This document shows positions 12,120 to 25,884 of a stretch of 64,000 bases of DNA, piece after piece. Location: contig OX597822.1 in assembly GCA_951406725.2 (NCBI GenBank), positions 33,046,001 through 33,110,000 of the forward strand, read 5' to 3'. Made by a program: the position numbers and the translations under genes. Each line of letters begins with the position of its first letter. The first letter of the stretch is position 1. Source of the DNA: Octopus vulgaris. Lineage: Eukaryota. Below the pieces are notes generated by a model. The model searched no databases. It was not told the DNA's origin and was given only the letters and a program-made list of their open reading frames with translations.

Positions 12120-12495
12120 TATTTATTTCAGTCGTTAGACGGCGGCCATGCTGGGGTTCCGCCTGGAAGAATATGAGTCGAATGAATTGACCCCGATACT
12201 TTTTGTTTTCTTTTTAATCCCGGTACTTATTCTATGGGATTTTCTTTTGCCCAACCGCTAAGTTACGGGGACGTAAACACACCAACACCAGTTGTCAAGT
12301 GGTAGTGAGTGACACAAACACTCGCACGCAAAGACATACACAGAGACACACACACACATACAAACACACACAAACAACGTTCTTCTTTCAGTTTCCCTCT
12401 ACCATATCCACTCGCAAGGCTTTGGTCGGCCATGGACTATAACAGAAGATACCACGTAGTGGGGCTGAACACGGGACCATGTGACAAGTAAATGC
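12120..12495 (-). mobile_element. CORE-type SINE
   Basis: Reverse complement of the 18505 family. Confidence 0.8.
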
Positions 12496-12513
12496 ACCTA
12501 CTATATACATGTG

Positions 12514-12823
12514 TGGAGGCGCAATGGCCCAGTGTTTAGGGCAGCGGACTCGCGGTCATAGGATCGCGGTTTCGATTCCCAGACCGGGCGTTGTGAGTGT
12601 TTATTGAGCGAAAACACCTAAAGCTCCACTAGGCTCCGGCAGGGGGTGGTGGCGATCCCTGCTGTACTCTTTCGCCGCAACTTTCTCTCACTCTTTCTTC
12701 TGTTGGCCTGCTCGCTTAGCCAGCGGGGTGGCGTCATTTAAAGGCTAAAACAATGCGAGGCGCATTGTGACCAGCGATGTGTAACAACATCTGATGGCCT
12801 GGTCGGTCACGGTGATCACGGTG
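12514..12823 (+). mobile_element. tRNA-derived SINE (GGAGGCGCAATGG head, second tail type)
   Basis: A and B boxes; tail ending in (cacggtgat)2; TSD atatacatgt at 12503 and 12824. Confidence 0.85.
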
Positions 12824-14344
12824 ATATACATGTAATAAGGTCGTTGTTATGTGAGGTGGCACATGCATGTTTATACCACTTCACATTGATTTTCATTAGA
12901 AATATATGTCCGCTTACACCAGTAGATATAACAGCTGACTCATGCGTTACTGGGAATGTACTTGAAGTCAATAAAAACTAACCATCAGAAAAGCTGAAGT
13001 CAATTGTCTCATTGTATTAGTTGGATACTCTGCATTGTTATGTCATTGTGTTCATTATTTTATTTTTAGGATGATTTGTGATTACATTATTTCGCTTTTA
13101 TGATTACTTGTGATTACACATTGGCCCTCTGAGTAAACTTTCTGCTTTTAGTCAAGAGCGTTGAGCCAGTAATGTTTGTCACCCGAGCTTATTTTTCTTC
13201 TGCGTCGTGTCTGTATTTCTAAAGAATTTCTGTCCATTGTTATTTGAATGCACTTTGGAAATATACTTTCAACTTGCTACTGTTATTTTCTTCTTTTCTT
13301 TCGTCTTTCAGTTGTTTTGTTCTGCTATGCATATTTTTCGCTATTGTTGTCAGTTTCCCTGACCCTTTTTCTTAAATCTAAGCATTTTTTTCCGTTTTCA
13401 CTGTTGTTACTTTATTATAGCTCCCTATTTGCATCTGACCCCGTCCTCCCAGTATACCATGTACGTATATTTTCTTTACATTTGCTTAGAGTTAGTGACG
13501 TTGGAACACACCAATACTTGTATTTGTAAGCCTCGTATTTATTCAATCGGTCACCTTTACCGAACTGCTAAGTTACGGGGAAGGTAGACATTAAACATAC
13601 CAACACCGGTTGTCAAGTGGTGATGGGAGGACAAACACAATTATAAAGGCACACATGTATATATAAAATTTATATATGTGTGAATATATATATGTATACA
13701 CACACATATAATAGTTATATTATAATATAATAGTTATAATAGTTATATTATATTATAATAGTTATACAGCCACACACCCCACACATACATATATACATAT
13801 ATACAAGCGTTGCTCCAGTATGGGCACAGCTTTAGGGTTGAAACGTATACGAGCATAAAAGAATATACACACGACGAGTTCGCGTCCGCCACATCGATTC
13901 ACGAGGCTTTGAGCAGACAAGCAAAATTCACATCACACACACCCACGCCTGCGTGTCGTATTCTGATGTTACATGGGAAAATTGACCCATTCTTTTCATC
14001 GCACATTTCACACTTCTCTGATTCATCTTCCATGTCAATATATTTCTTTATTCAAATCCTACCGAGAGATTTATCGTTTGATGCAGATATCAATCGTTCT
14101 ACTTCCTTCTTCAAAAACCCTTTTTCTAACCACTTCCAAGATTTAATACTTCTTATTTCTTCTATATTCCCAATAATTCTTCTATGCGACATTTCCTTTT
14201 CTCACAATTGTATACTTTATTCCTTCCCTATTTTCTTCATACCGCCACTTATGTTTCCCCCATTTTACAGTCCACCTTATAATAACTACATTTATCAGTC
14301 TTTCAATTGATATTCTAAAATACTCCACGAGGGTCTATTTTATA

Positions 14345-14362
14345 CATTATTATCATTATTGC

Positions 14363-14419
<57 letters not shown>

Positions 14420-14507
14420 TACTATTATTATCATTATTATTATTATTATTATTATTATTGGTGGTAATATTAGTAGTAGTAGCAGCAGCAGTAGCAGTAG
14501 TAGTAGT

Positions 14508-14592
<85 letters not shown>
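14345..14592. repeat. Compound trinucleotide microsatellite (ATT)n(AGC)n(AGT)n
   Basis: Directly visible. Confidence 0.95.
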
Positions 14593-15530
14593 AGCCGGCG
14601 AGCTGGCAGAGACGTTAGCACGCCGGGCGAAATGCTTTGTGCTATTTCGTCCGCCGCTGCGTTCTGAGTTCAAATTCCGCCGAGGTCGACTTTGCCTTTC
14701 ATTCTTTCGGAGTCGATAAATTAAGTACCAGTGACGCACTGAGGATCTTTTTACTTTGACCGGCGGAATTTTAAAATAATTTATTTGTAACTAAACACTT
14801 TTAAACTTTGTATATTGGTAGAATGTGTTACATAAAACATCTTTTTTCTCTTGGCTTTCTTGAGAAAATTCTGTAGTTTGTAAGCAATTTCTTGTTAGAT
14901 TTCTTGCATTTCGGCAATTTCAACCAATCAATGACCTCTATTGAGATGAATACAATTTCTGCTGTTCTTTGTCAACAAAGTTTTGTGGCGCTGAAATAGG
15001 TATTAATGGTTGTCACCCACTGAGTTTAAATTCCGCCGAGGTCGACTTTGCCTTTCATCCTTTCAGGGTCGATTAAACAAGTACCAGTTACGCACTGGTA
15101 TCGATATAATTGACTTAATCCGTTTGTTTGTCCTTGTTTGTCCTCTCTGTGTTTAGCCCCTTGCGGGTAGAAAAGAAATAGGTATGTCGTCTGCCGCTAC
15201 GTTCAGAGTTCAAATTCCGCCGAGGTCGACTTTGCTATTCATCCTTTCGGAATCGATTAAATAAGTACCAGTTACGCACTGGAGTCGATATAATCGACTT
15301 AATCCGTTTGTCTCTCCTTGTTTGTCCTCTCTGTGTTTAGCCCCTTGTGGGTAGTAAAGAAATAGGTATTTCGTCCGAGCTCAAATTTCGCTTTTCATCC
15401 TTTCAGAGACTTTGCCTTTCATCCTTTTGGGGTCGATAAAGTACCAGTCAAGTACTGGTGTCGATATGATCTATTGTCTCCCTCCCCACAAACATCCAGG
15501 CTTTGTGCCTATAGTAGTAAGGATTATTAT
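14593..15530 (+). mobile_element. Meta-domain-type SINE cluster interrupted by an unrelated ~270-bp insert
   Basis: Head at 14593; tandem units 15020-15530. Confidence 0.8.
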
Positions 15531-16667
15531 TATTATCAATTAGTCTGAAGCAAAGAAGACGATAAACTCTAATCATTTCCTTTTTCTTAAGTGGCCATTC
15601 AATGTTGAGAGGGCATTGCTCGACCAGCATGAAGTGTCAATCATGATTGCTGATGGTGTTATAGCTAGTCTTCCGGGCGGCTTCAACGAAGCTGTGGCGG
15701 GCTTTCATCCAATTTTCCCTATATCCCTGGCGCAATCCTATCTTCATCAACTCAGTTGATTTACTAAAAGTCAAATTCCAATATGTGTTTCTGAGCGTGG
15801 GTGTGAGCATTGTGTGTGTGTGTGTGTGGTTATGTGTGTCTGTGTGTATGCGTGTGACTGTAATTTATAATTTTGTAGATATGTAGTTGTGCATATTTAC
15901 ACGTTTATATGCGAAAATATAATGTGATACGTTGTAAATGCTAAACTACACTACGCTATTTCTTTCATGCAATTTACGCTTCAGCTTTCTGAACAATAGC
16001 TTCGTTAGATATTTATGTCTGGAGGAGAAATCCATTGAGACTATTCATGGTTCATTGAGTCTGCAATAACAAAACTTAGCACTCAGAAGATATAGAATAA
16101 TTCACTGCCAAATCGTTAATGACAGAATAACATTCAAGTTCATTAAAGATTATATTCTCAAAAAGTGTTTCTGTTGAAGAGTAAGAAAAAAAAAACTATT
16201 TGTGTGTATAGTTAGGAATCAGTTGTTAACAAAGAAACATCAACATCAAATACTGAAGACGCTGTGGATCGTCTCTGCAGAATGCTGACGCATGTGAATT
16301 ATCTCAGCGGTATACTTAGTGTCGGCATGAAATTTAATATACTGATTTTGAATAAGTAATCGAAATAGTCGGGCAAAAATAGCAAATTCCATTATTTTCT
16401 TTTGGATTCTGTAGTGAAATTTTATGTTTTCGTTTAATCAAAGTTTTAGTATTATAAAGTTTAGAAGTATTCTTTTGTCACAACGAGTAACTTGATAAAG
16501 ATAAGTTAGTGTTTTATGTATATCATATATCCTGATACTACCCGTGGTAATAATATCATTGCAGCATTTGCAGTGATACATTTATTTGGAAGAATTTGCT
16601 CTAACATCTTAAGTTAGTGAATGTCCTTGTGATTAAGGCAAAACCAACTTACGCAACTAAGAAAAAT

Positions 16668-17070
16668 AAGGCGGCGAGCTGGCAGAAACGTTAGCACGCC
16701 GGGTTAAATACGTAGCAGTATTTTGTCTGCCGTTACGTTCTGAGTTCAAATTCCGCTGAGGTCGACTTTGCCTTTCATCCTTTCGGGGTCGATTAAATAA
16801 GTACCAGTTACGCATTGGGGTCGATGTAATCGACTTAATCTGTTTGTCTGTCCTTTTTGTCCTTTCTGTGTTTACCCCCTTGTGGGTAGTAAAGAAGTAG
16901 GTATTTAGTCTGCCGCTACGTTCTGAGTTCAATTTCCACCGAGGTCGACTTTGCCTTTCATCCCTTCGGGTCGGTAAATTAAGTGCCAGTTGCGTACTGG
17001 GGTCGATGTAATCGACTGCCGCCCCCCCCCCTCAAAAAAAAATCGGGCCTTGTGCCTAGAAAAGAATATT
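16668..17070 (+). mobile_element. Meta-domain-type SINE dimer (tail A then tail B)
   Basis: aaggcggcgagctggcagaaacgttagcacg head; two gtcgactttgcctttcatcc domains. Confidence 0.85.
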
Positions 17071-17486
17071 CATTACAATAAATATTAACCATTACCGACC
17101 ATTTTTCAGATGCAGCTACCTACTCTGTCATTTACTCAACTCCTACTCACCATTTTTCTTTCTATGATTCTTTCTCTCTCACTATGTATGCGCAACGTTA
17201 TATCAAATCCTGCCTGCCAATAAGCCTAGTATGTGCACCTATCATGCATCTCTTGTTTAACTCTCTCTGTCTCTCTCACTTTTCTTTCTACGTTGTAAAG
17301 CGTGTGTGAAGAAAACAATCAACGTACCGAGTAACATTTATATCGATTATTATCGAATAGATATACATAAAATACATACATATATACGTGTGTGCGTATG
17401 TATATATATACAGATAGATAGGTAGATAGATAGATAGATAGATAGATACATGCATGTATATACAAAAAACGGACATCCGCATATGA

Positions 17487-17526
<40 letters not shown>

Positions 17527-17616
17527 AGAATTCACAAAAAAAGAGAAAAAAGACGAAGACAGGTGGTGTAGACAACAGACAGATGTATTAGTATAACGCT
17601 CGGGAAGTGAAAACAT

Positions 17617-17652
17617 CTTTAACGTTTCGAGCCTACGCTCTTCCACAGAAAG
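17617..17652 (-). ncRNA. Variant minimal hammerhead-like motif in pLTR remnant 17523-17720
   Basis: cttt CTGTGGAA gagc-gtag-gctc GAAA CG TT aaag. Confidence 0.5.
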
Positions 17653-18504
17653 GAACACAGAAACATGGAGAGAAAATAAAGAATGTGTAATGGCTAGCGA
17701 ACTATCATGGCGAATGATATATGTGTGCGTGTGTGCGTGTTTATGTGCGCGCGTGTGTCTGTGTGTGTGTGTGTGTGTGTAAATACAAAGAGAGAGAGAG
17801 AGAGAGTGAGAAAGTAAGAGTGAGAGAACTGAGTAAATCTACTATTTCTTCACCGCTACCTGCAAACTGTTTGCCAAATTTATTGTACTTAAACTGCAGT
17901 TATATTTCTGTGAGAGTGTGTGAGTGTATGTGTGCGTGCGTGTGTGCGTGTGTGTGTGTGTGTGAGTCTGTGTGTGTGTATGTGTGCGTGTGTATGAGTG
18001 AACGCGCGCGCTGTGTCATCCATTTGGCATCGCTCGCCTATGTAAGTTTTATTATCTTTTCCATTACCTTACCACTGCTTGTCATTTTCAGTGTTCCCCT
18101 ATTGACTTTATCTTCTTAAGCTAACTCGCCCTGTCTCTCTCTTTTCCTCTCTTTCCCCTCTCTGTATCTGGTATAAAACTTGACTGGGGAGGCAACCAGC
18201 CAACAGATCAGCATTTATATCAGCTTTTCTCATATAGACATGAATCTAGACCGTGTACTCTCAAAATCGTTAAAGCGTTGGACAAATGCCGAACGCTATT
18301 TCTTCCGGCCGGCCCTTTGTGTCCTCAGCTCAAAGGCTAACGATGTCATCTTGTGCTTCCACCAACCAAAAGATCTATAACATAATGTACCAGTCGAATA
18401 CTACGGTCGATCGTATCGACTAACTCTAATAACACGACAAATTTACTGTCGTTCTTCCTCTACATTAAAGACCATTATTGCAATGATATATTTTTGTAGA
18501 TAAT

Positions 18505-18657
18505 TGGCTGTGTGGTAAGTAGCTTGCTTACCAGCCAAATGGTTCCGGGTTCAGTCCTACTGCGTGGCGCCTTGGGAAAGTGTCTTCTACTATAGCCTCG
18601 GGCCGACCAAAGCCTTGTGAGTGGATTTGGTAGACGGAAACTGAAAGAAGCCTGTCG

Positions 18658-18717
<60 letters not shown>

Positions 18718-18926
18718 TGTATCTGTGTTTGTCCCCCCAACATCGCTTGACAACCGATGCTGGTATGTTTACGTCCCCGTTACTAGCGGTTCGGCAAAAC
18801 AGACCGATAGAATAAGTACTAGGATTACAAAGAATAAGTCCTGGGGTCGATTTGCTCGACTAAAAGGCAGCGCTCCAGCATGGCCGCAGTCAAATGACTG
18901 AAACAAGTAAAAGAGTAAAAGAGTAA
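18505..18926 (+). mobile_element. CORE-type SINE, full length
   Basis: tRNA-like head, CORE ccttgggaaagtgtcttc, internal (TA)n(TG)n, tail (aaagagta)n. Confidence 0.9.
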
Positions 18927-19233
18927 TTTTTTTCTTCCTTGCTTTATATGCTGCCAGCATTTGATATTTACTGTTTTTATCCTTTCAAATTACAGTTCAT
19001 TAGGACGGGAACTGGCAGAATTGTTATCACACCGCTTAGCGAAATTTGATCCGTGTTTACGGTCTGAGTTCAAATTTCTCCATGGTCAGCTTTGTCTTTC
19101 ATCTTTTCGGAGTCAATAAGATATGTATCAGTTGAGCAGTGGTATCGATGGAATCGATTTACCACCTCAATCCACTTGAAATCGCTGGCCTTTGCCAAAA
19201 TTTGAAATCTTTATTAACAAAAAGGTACAGGAT

Positions 19234-19627
19234 TGGCTATGTGGTAAGTAGCTTGCTTACCAGCCACATGGTTCCGGGTTCACTCCCACTGCGTGGAGCC
19301 TTCGGCAAGCGTCTTCTACTATAGCCTCGGGCCGACCAAATCCTTGTGAGTGGATTTAGTAGACGGAAACTGAAAGAAGCTGGACGTTTATATGTATGTA
19401 TGTGTGTGTGTGTGTGTGTGTGTCTGTGTTTGTCCCCCAACATCGCTTGACAACCGATGGTGGTGTGTTTAAGTCCCCGTACCTTAGCGGTTCGGCAAAA
19501 GACACCGATAGAATAAGTACTAGGCTTCCAAAGAATAAGTCCTGGGGTCGATTTCCTCGACTAAAGCCTGTGCTCCAGCATGGCCGCAGTCAAATGACTG
19601 AAACAAGTGAAAGAGTAAAAGAGTAAA
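19234..19627 (+). mobile_element. CORE-type SINE
   Basis: Homologous to 18505-18926. Confidence 0.9.
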
Positions 19628-19839
19628 ACTCGTTGCTGCTTTAAATACACGATACAGTAAGACCATATTTTTAATGATTCTGTAAAGAAAATATATCTTA
19701 AAATTTATCACATATTAATCTCCTGAGAAAAATTATCTATTTACATACTTCCTCGTGCCATCTTACACACCTTCACATTTTTTCTTTTTTTTTATATATA
19801 TATATTTACAATATTGCAGTACAGAAAATAGTTGCATGT

Positions 19840-19997
19840 GTGGTTGTGTGTTAAGAAGCTTGCTTCCCAAACACATGGTTCCGGGTTCAGTCCTACTACA
19901 TGAAACAATGGGCAAGTGTCTTCGCGGGCCGGTTATTTTCTCGAACCTGTCAAAACCTTGTGGATGGGTTTCCTAGACAGAAACTAAAAGAGACCCG

Positions 19998-20056
<59 letters not shown>

Positions 20057-20283
20057 TGTGTGTGTGTGTGCGTGCGTGTGTCTGTGCACCTGTGTTTGAA
20101 CCCCAACCCCGCTTGACACTCGCTGTCGGTTTGTTTACATAGCGGTTCCATAAGAGAAGCTGATAGAATAAGTACCTGGCTTCAAAATGAAATATAAGGA
20201 ACTGGGGTCGGTTCATTCGACTAAAATTCTTCAAGGCGGTGCCCCAGCATGGCCGCAGTTTAATGACAGAAATAAATAAAAGG
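19840..20283 (+). mobile_element. CORE-type SINE (diverged)
   Basis: Homologous to 18505-18926. Confidence 0.8.
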
Positions 20284-20935
20284 AAAATATTTACCTTTAT
20301 CCTGTTCTTCGGATAATACTTTTGAGTAGTACGAAGCATGTATGTTGGCGCACAAACAAGATTCAACGAAGCTTGAAATATAATTCACATATATTGCAGG
20401 AGTATTTTAAAATGGTGAGGAATAGGAATGCCTGTATTTCATTGCAAATGTCTTGAATAACAGGTTTGTCTCGTGGAAAATCTGTTGAAGAAAATTTAGT
20501 TCATGAATAGCTACACACTCTTACACATACATGTATATATGACTATATCGAAATTCTATATGCGTATTTAATCGATATATATTTAGTATCGCTGGGACAT
20601 TATAACCTGTGGGCGAATCATAGAAACTTAGGTGGTTGAGGTTGAAGAATAAGAGAATATAGTTCCCATCTTTTATCACGGTTCAATCAGAGTCGCTAAC
20701 CTCATCTGCAAACAAATGAAGTTATCAAAAGAAAATGTATTACAGAAATAAACTTGTTTACGTATTGATATAAAGCTAGCAGTTGTAGTTACACAGTAGT
20801 TTCGAATAGATGTGTATATGAAAATCGTATCTGCACTAAGTTATAAAATGTATCCCAACGACATGCTAATATAAACCTGACACTTTACATAAACGTCAGT
20901 AGAGACGATGAATCGTTGACGATACATTCTGTTTA

Positions 20936-21366
20936 GGCGGCGAGCTGGCAGACACGTTAGCGCGCCGGGCGAATTGCTTAGCTGTATTTCGTCTGTCGTT
21001 ACGTTCTGAGTTCAAATTCCGCCGAGGTCAACTTTGCCTTTCATCCTTTCGGGCTCGATAAATAAAGTACCAGTTTCGCACTGGTGTCGATATAATCGAC
21101 TCAATCCCTTCGTCTGTCCTTGTTTGTCCCCTCTATGTTTAGCCCCTTCTGGGCAGTAAAGAAATAGATACGGGCGAAGTGCTTAGCTGTATTTCGTCTG
21201 TCGTTACGTTCTGAGTTCAAATTCCGCCGAGGTCGACTTTGCCTTCATCCTTTCGGGGTCGATAAATAAAGTACCAGTTTCGCACTGGTATATAATCGAC
21301 TCAATCCCTTCGTCTGTCCTTGTTTGTCCCCTCTATGTATAGCCCCTTCTGGGCAGTAAAGAAATA
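20936..21366 (+). mobile_element. Meta-domain-type SINE dimer with 15-bp TSD
   Basis: TSD gatacattctgttta at 20921-20935 and 21367-21381. Confidence 0.9.
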
Positions 21367-21990
21367 GATACATTCTGTTTATCATAAGACTCAGTAAAGT
21401 TGTGTAAAACATTTCTGAATCACCGAGGTCATGAACCAAAGAATCATGACGAGAAAGGCAAAAGAAATACAACCAGCATTGAGTCATTTACATAAGTGAT
21501 TTTAGATCGGCAAGCGCGATTTAATAACAAAATACCACAACGGTAGTGATTTGAAACGCCACGTACGTAAAACGTTATTTACAAAATATAATACAGACAT
21601 CAATTCTTAATGTCAAAACATAGATATATGGCGACCAATTTCACACTATATGTCGGCAAATCATATAGGATTAGTGGGAACTGCATATTTACTCAGCGAT
21701 ATTAAATATATGTTTATTTAACATATATTCAATAGGAAATCTATACGCGCGGTTGTCTAAAAAGCTGCTGTGTTTATGCTTTCGCTTACTAAATCCGATC
21801 ATCAACGCTTGTACCATTATGGAAATGAATAAAACGATAGTATATACGTATTACATACAGGCGCCCAGGCAGACAGACCAAACACTCAGCGATAGATAAA
21901 TATATAATTGAAAATTCATACATATGTATATATAAACACACATGCCTTCATATAGCTGTGTGTGTGAGTGTGTATAAATACATACAGATA

Positions 21991-22071
<81 letters not shown>

Positions 22072-22432
22072 ATTGATATATAGAGAGATAGATATAGTTA
22101 TAGATATATATACATACATGCGTTCATGCATTCATGTACATACGTACACACGTAATACATACATACATACATACATACGTACATACATACACACGTAATA
22201 CATACATACATACATACATACATACATACGTACATGCATACGTATGTACGCGCGTAAATGCAAGTGTGGTTCACATGTTGCCTGTTCACACACTTATGGA
22301 ACCAATTATGTATTCTAGCAGTGATGTTGGTGAGCAGCATGGAAAATAGTGTTATACGAAATATCAGGTACAAATACAAGGAGAGAAGAACACTGCATCT
22401 ACCTATTTACTCAAATATCCGTGTGTGTGAGG

Positions 22433-22510
<78 letters not shown>

Positions 22511-22648
22511 TTGTGTATGTGCACGTGTGAGTATATATGTATCACTGAAGAGTTGCTGTATCGCTACGGCATTCATGTATGCATTGAGGTGTTTGGTTCT
22601 CTCTATCTCTCTCACTCTCAATCTCTATCTCTGTCCCCTTTTCTCTCT

Positions 22649-22696
<48 letters not shown>

Positions 22697-22782
22697 ATAT
22701 CTTTTACTTCTTTCAGTCATTAAACTGCGACCATGCTGAGGCACCGCCTTGAATACAATACATATATATATATATATATATA

Positions 22783-24145
22783 CAGTTACGGCCAAAATGT
22801 TCAGAACGGCATTGTTTTCGTCAGAAAAGTAGATATAATTTTTTATCAAAGTCGTTTTATATTCTATAATTTTCACAGACAATAGATACAATATTATTTG
22901 TTATTGCCAGAGATGTTGGTGTAATTTGAGAGTATAATACAAAAGTTATGGATGATTTAGTGATTTACTGCAAAACCCATGGCGGCCAAAATGATCAGAA
23001 CGGTTGCTTTTACTCCGTGTTTTAGTATATTTAACAGGCGAACTCTAATGTTTTGAATTTGTTTACGTGACGGTTCGTTTACTAAACATTAGTAAGAATA
23101 TTTGCAGTGTACTTTGTTAATATAATGCCACTTACTCCGTTACCAATTCGTCAGCAGATTATTAAGCTTCGAAGGAAGGATAATTTAAGTATTGGATCTA
23201 TTGCAAAGATTGTTAACAAGTCAAAAAGTGTTGTACACGGTATTCTTAAGGTATACGATGATTGTGGTTCGTGTGAAGCAAGAAAGTTTACAGGTAGGCC
23301 AAGAAAAACGACCAAGAGAGAAGATCGTGCTATGGTAAAGTTGGTTAAAAAGAACAGATTTAAAACTGCTGCTGCTGTTTCTTGGAACATGAGCATTGTA
23401 TTGAAGAAAACTTTATCTCGAAAAACTGTGTCTCGTCGTTTAGTTGAACATGACCTACAAGGCAAGAAGAGCACCTGCAGTGAAGCCACTGATTAGCTCC
23501 AAGAATAAAAAGTGTCGTCTTACCTTTGCAACCGAACATGTGTTGTGGTCTCAAGAAAAATGGCAAACGGTGCATTTCAGTGATGAATCTAAGTTTATGC
23601 TATTTAGCTCAGATGGGAAGAGGTACGTTCGTAGAAAAGTAGGTGAAAAATTGTTGCCTAAATGCCTTAAGACTTGTGTTAAATTCGGTGCAGGAAGTGT
23701 CATGGTTTGGGGAATGATATCTGGAGATGGTATGGGCCCTTTGGTGCGATTACATGGAAAGTTAAATGCAGGAGTTTATAAACAACTTGTAAAAGATCAT
23801 GTCTTGCCTGTGCTGAGAAATTCAACTAAGCGACCACCCATATTCATGCAGGACAATGCCCCATGTCACAAGGCTAAGGTGGTCATGAACTTCCTCAAGG
23901 CTGAAAAGGTTATTGTTATGGATTGGCCAGCTCAAAGCCCAGATCACAATCCTATTGAAAATGTGTGGAATATTCTAGGAGAACGTTCGAAAGCCAGAAA
24001 TCCTAAAACAACTGAGCAAATATGGAACGCCCTTCAGGAAGAATCGAATAAGATCACCCAGCAAGAAATTGAAAATTTAATTTCCTCATGCAGTCGAAGA
24101 TGTCAGAGTGTGATTGAAGCTAAAGGGCTTCCTACTAAATATGAA
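22783..24145 (+). mobile_element. Tc1-like DD34E transposon (IR/DR type), frameshifted, right end lost
   Basis: TA-cagttacggccaaaatgttcagaacgg with an inner DR at 22982. ORF from ATG 23125 (paired-like HTH, GRPRK), frameshift near 23460, then FSDESKF, QDNAPCH-34-E, TKY. Confidence 0.92.
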
Positions 24146-24647
24146 ATAATTCCAGTATTCTCTGTCATATAATTTACAAGATAAGGGCAGAAGAAAAATT
24201 CTAATGCCAGATACGCCGAAACAAAAAATTGTCGATAACCATTAAATTTATGCGTCTCGAGATTTCTATCGGTTTGTTTCGAGACGCATAAATTTAATGG
24301 TTATCGACAATTTTTTGTTTCGGCGTATCTGGCATTATAATTTTTCTTCTGCCCTTATCTTGTAAATTATGTATAAATTTTACCTTTAAAGGCATTTTTT
24401 GATATGCTGGCCATTGATAAATTTTTTTCCCGAAAAAACATTTATCCTATATCAATTATAAATAGATTAGTGTTCACTTCCGGATTCTATCACTCTGTGA
24501 AAGTTTCTAGTTCAAATCACACGTGTTTCGAGGTGCGCCGAAGATTTTTCTATTTGGATATATTTGGGGTACTTAAGTCTGCTCGGGACTTGGTGCTTGC
24601 TTCTTCCATGGGTATGAATAAGTATTTCATTTATATCTCACGTATGT

Positions 24648-24704
24648 GCCGCTGAAGAGGGGAAAATTTCTTGTGAATTAACCCCGAAATTGGACCAATA
24701 CGGT
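24648..24704 (+). ncRNA. Type-I hammerhead ribozyme (unit 1)
   Basis: gccg CTGAAGA gggg-[19 nt]-cccc GAAA ttg-gac-caa TA cggt. Confidence 0.85.
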
Positions 24705-25109
24705 AATAACGAATTTTTTTAGAGATTTCTATCGGTATGTTTCGAGACGCATAAATTTAATGGTTATCGACAATTTTTTGTTTCGGCGTATCTGGTATTA
24801 GAATTTTTCTTCTGCCCTTATCTTGTAAATTATGTATAAATTTTACCTTTAAAGGCATTTTTTGATATGCTGGCCATTGATAATTTTTTTCCCGAAAAAA
24901 CATTTATCCTATATCAATTATAAATAGATTAGTGTTCACTTCCGGATTCTATCACTCTGTGAAAGTTTCTAGTTCAAATCACACGTGTTTCGAGGTGCGC
25001 CGAAGATTTTTCTATTTGGATATATTTGGGGTACTTAAGTCTGCTCGGGACTTGGTGCTTGCTTCTTCCATGGGTATGAATAAGTATTTCATTTATATCT
25101 CACGTATGT

Positions 25110-25165
25110 GCCGCTGAAGAGGGAAAATTTCTTGTGAATTAACCCCGAAATTGGACCAATACGGT
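25110..25165 (+). ncRNA. Type-I hammerhead ribozyme (unit 2)
   Basis: Same as unit 1 with one G fewer in stem II. Confidence 0.82.
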
Positions 25166-25378
25166 AATAACGAATTTTTTTAGAGATTTCTATCGGTATG
25201 TTTCGAGACGCATAAATTTAATGGTTATCGACAATTTTTTGTTTCGGCGTATCTGGTATTAGAATTTTTCTTCTGCCCTTATCTTGTAAATTATGTATAA
25301 ATTTTACCTTTAAAGGCATTTTTTGATATGCTGGCCAATGATAAAATTGTTTTCCCGAAAGAAATGTTATCCTATATC

Positions 25379-25470
<92 letters not shown>

Positions 25471-25884
25471 TTGAATACGAGTCCATCCTTTAATTGGAGT
25501 AATTTCCATAGATTTCTAACTTTGTTCCTTCATACTTTACTTTTGAATTTCCTTGTGTAAATTTGTGTAGATATGAAAATTTTATAGAAATATAAAGTAC
25601 ATGATTTATCTTATTAAACACAGTTGAACAAATTCATTCATATTTATGTAAATGGAGGAAATTAGATGTTAAGTTGGATAATAGTTTGTATAACTCATCT
25701 TTCTATAGAATTGTTTCGTACAGAAAGACAAGATATTCATATTAGAAAATCTGAGTTATCAGAAACTACTCGTCAGTAGGATATATAAAAGCTAAAAAGA
25801 CGTTAGGATTACATAGCATAGGTATGGTGCTATTAATCATTTTGTATTGTGTTCTTGTTCTTGGTGCCATATCTGTTTAAATAG

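Larger units (their letters stand above)
24169..25385 (+). mobile_element. Retrozyme-like or PLE pLTR tandem array: inverted 92-bp fragment plus 2.4 x ~462-bp HHR units ending in (TA)n
   Basis: Units start at 24259, 24722 and 25183. 24169-24260 is inverted to 24279-24370. Confidence 0.85.

Noticed and set aside
14340-14739. Poly-L/V/A/T/N ORFs
   Set aside because: Trinucleotide microsatellite running into a SINE.
23125-24172. Active Tc1 transposase
   Set aside because: Frameshift near 23460, lost stop codon and missing right TIR.
24259-25385. CRISPR-like array or duplicated small CDS (24404-24655, 24932-25117)
   Set aside because: Whole 462-bp units repeat without unique spacers; the short ORF is broken by an indel in unit 2 and has no domain features.
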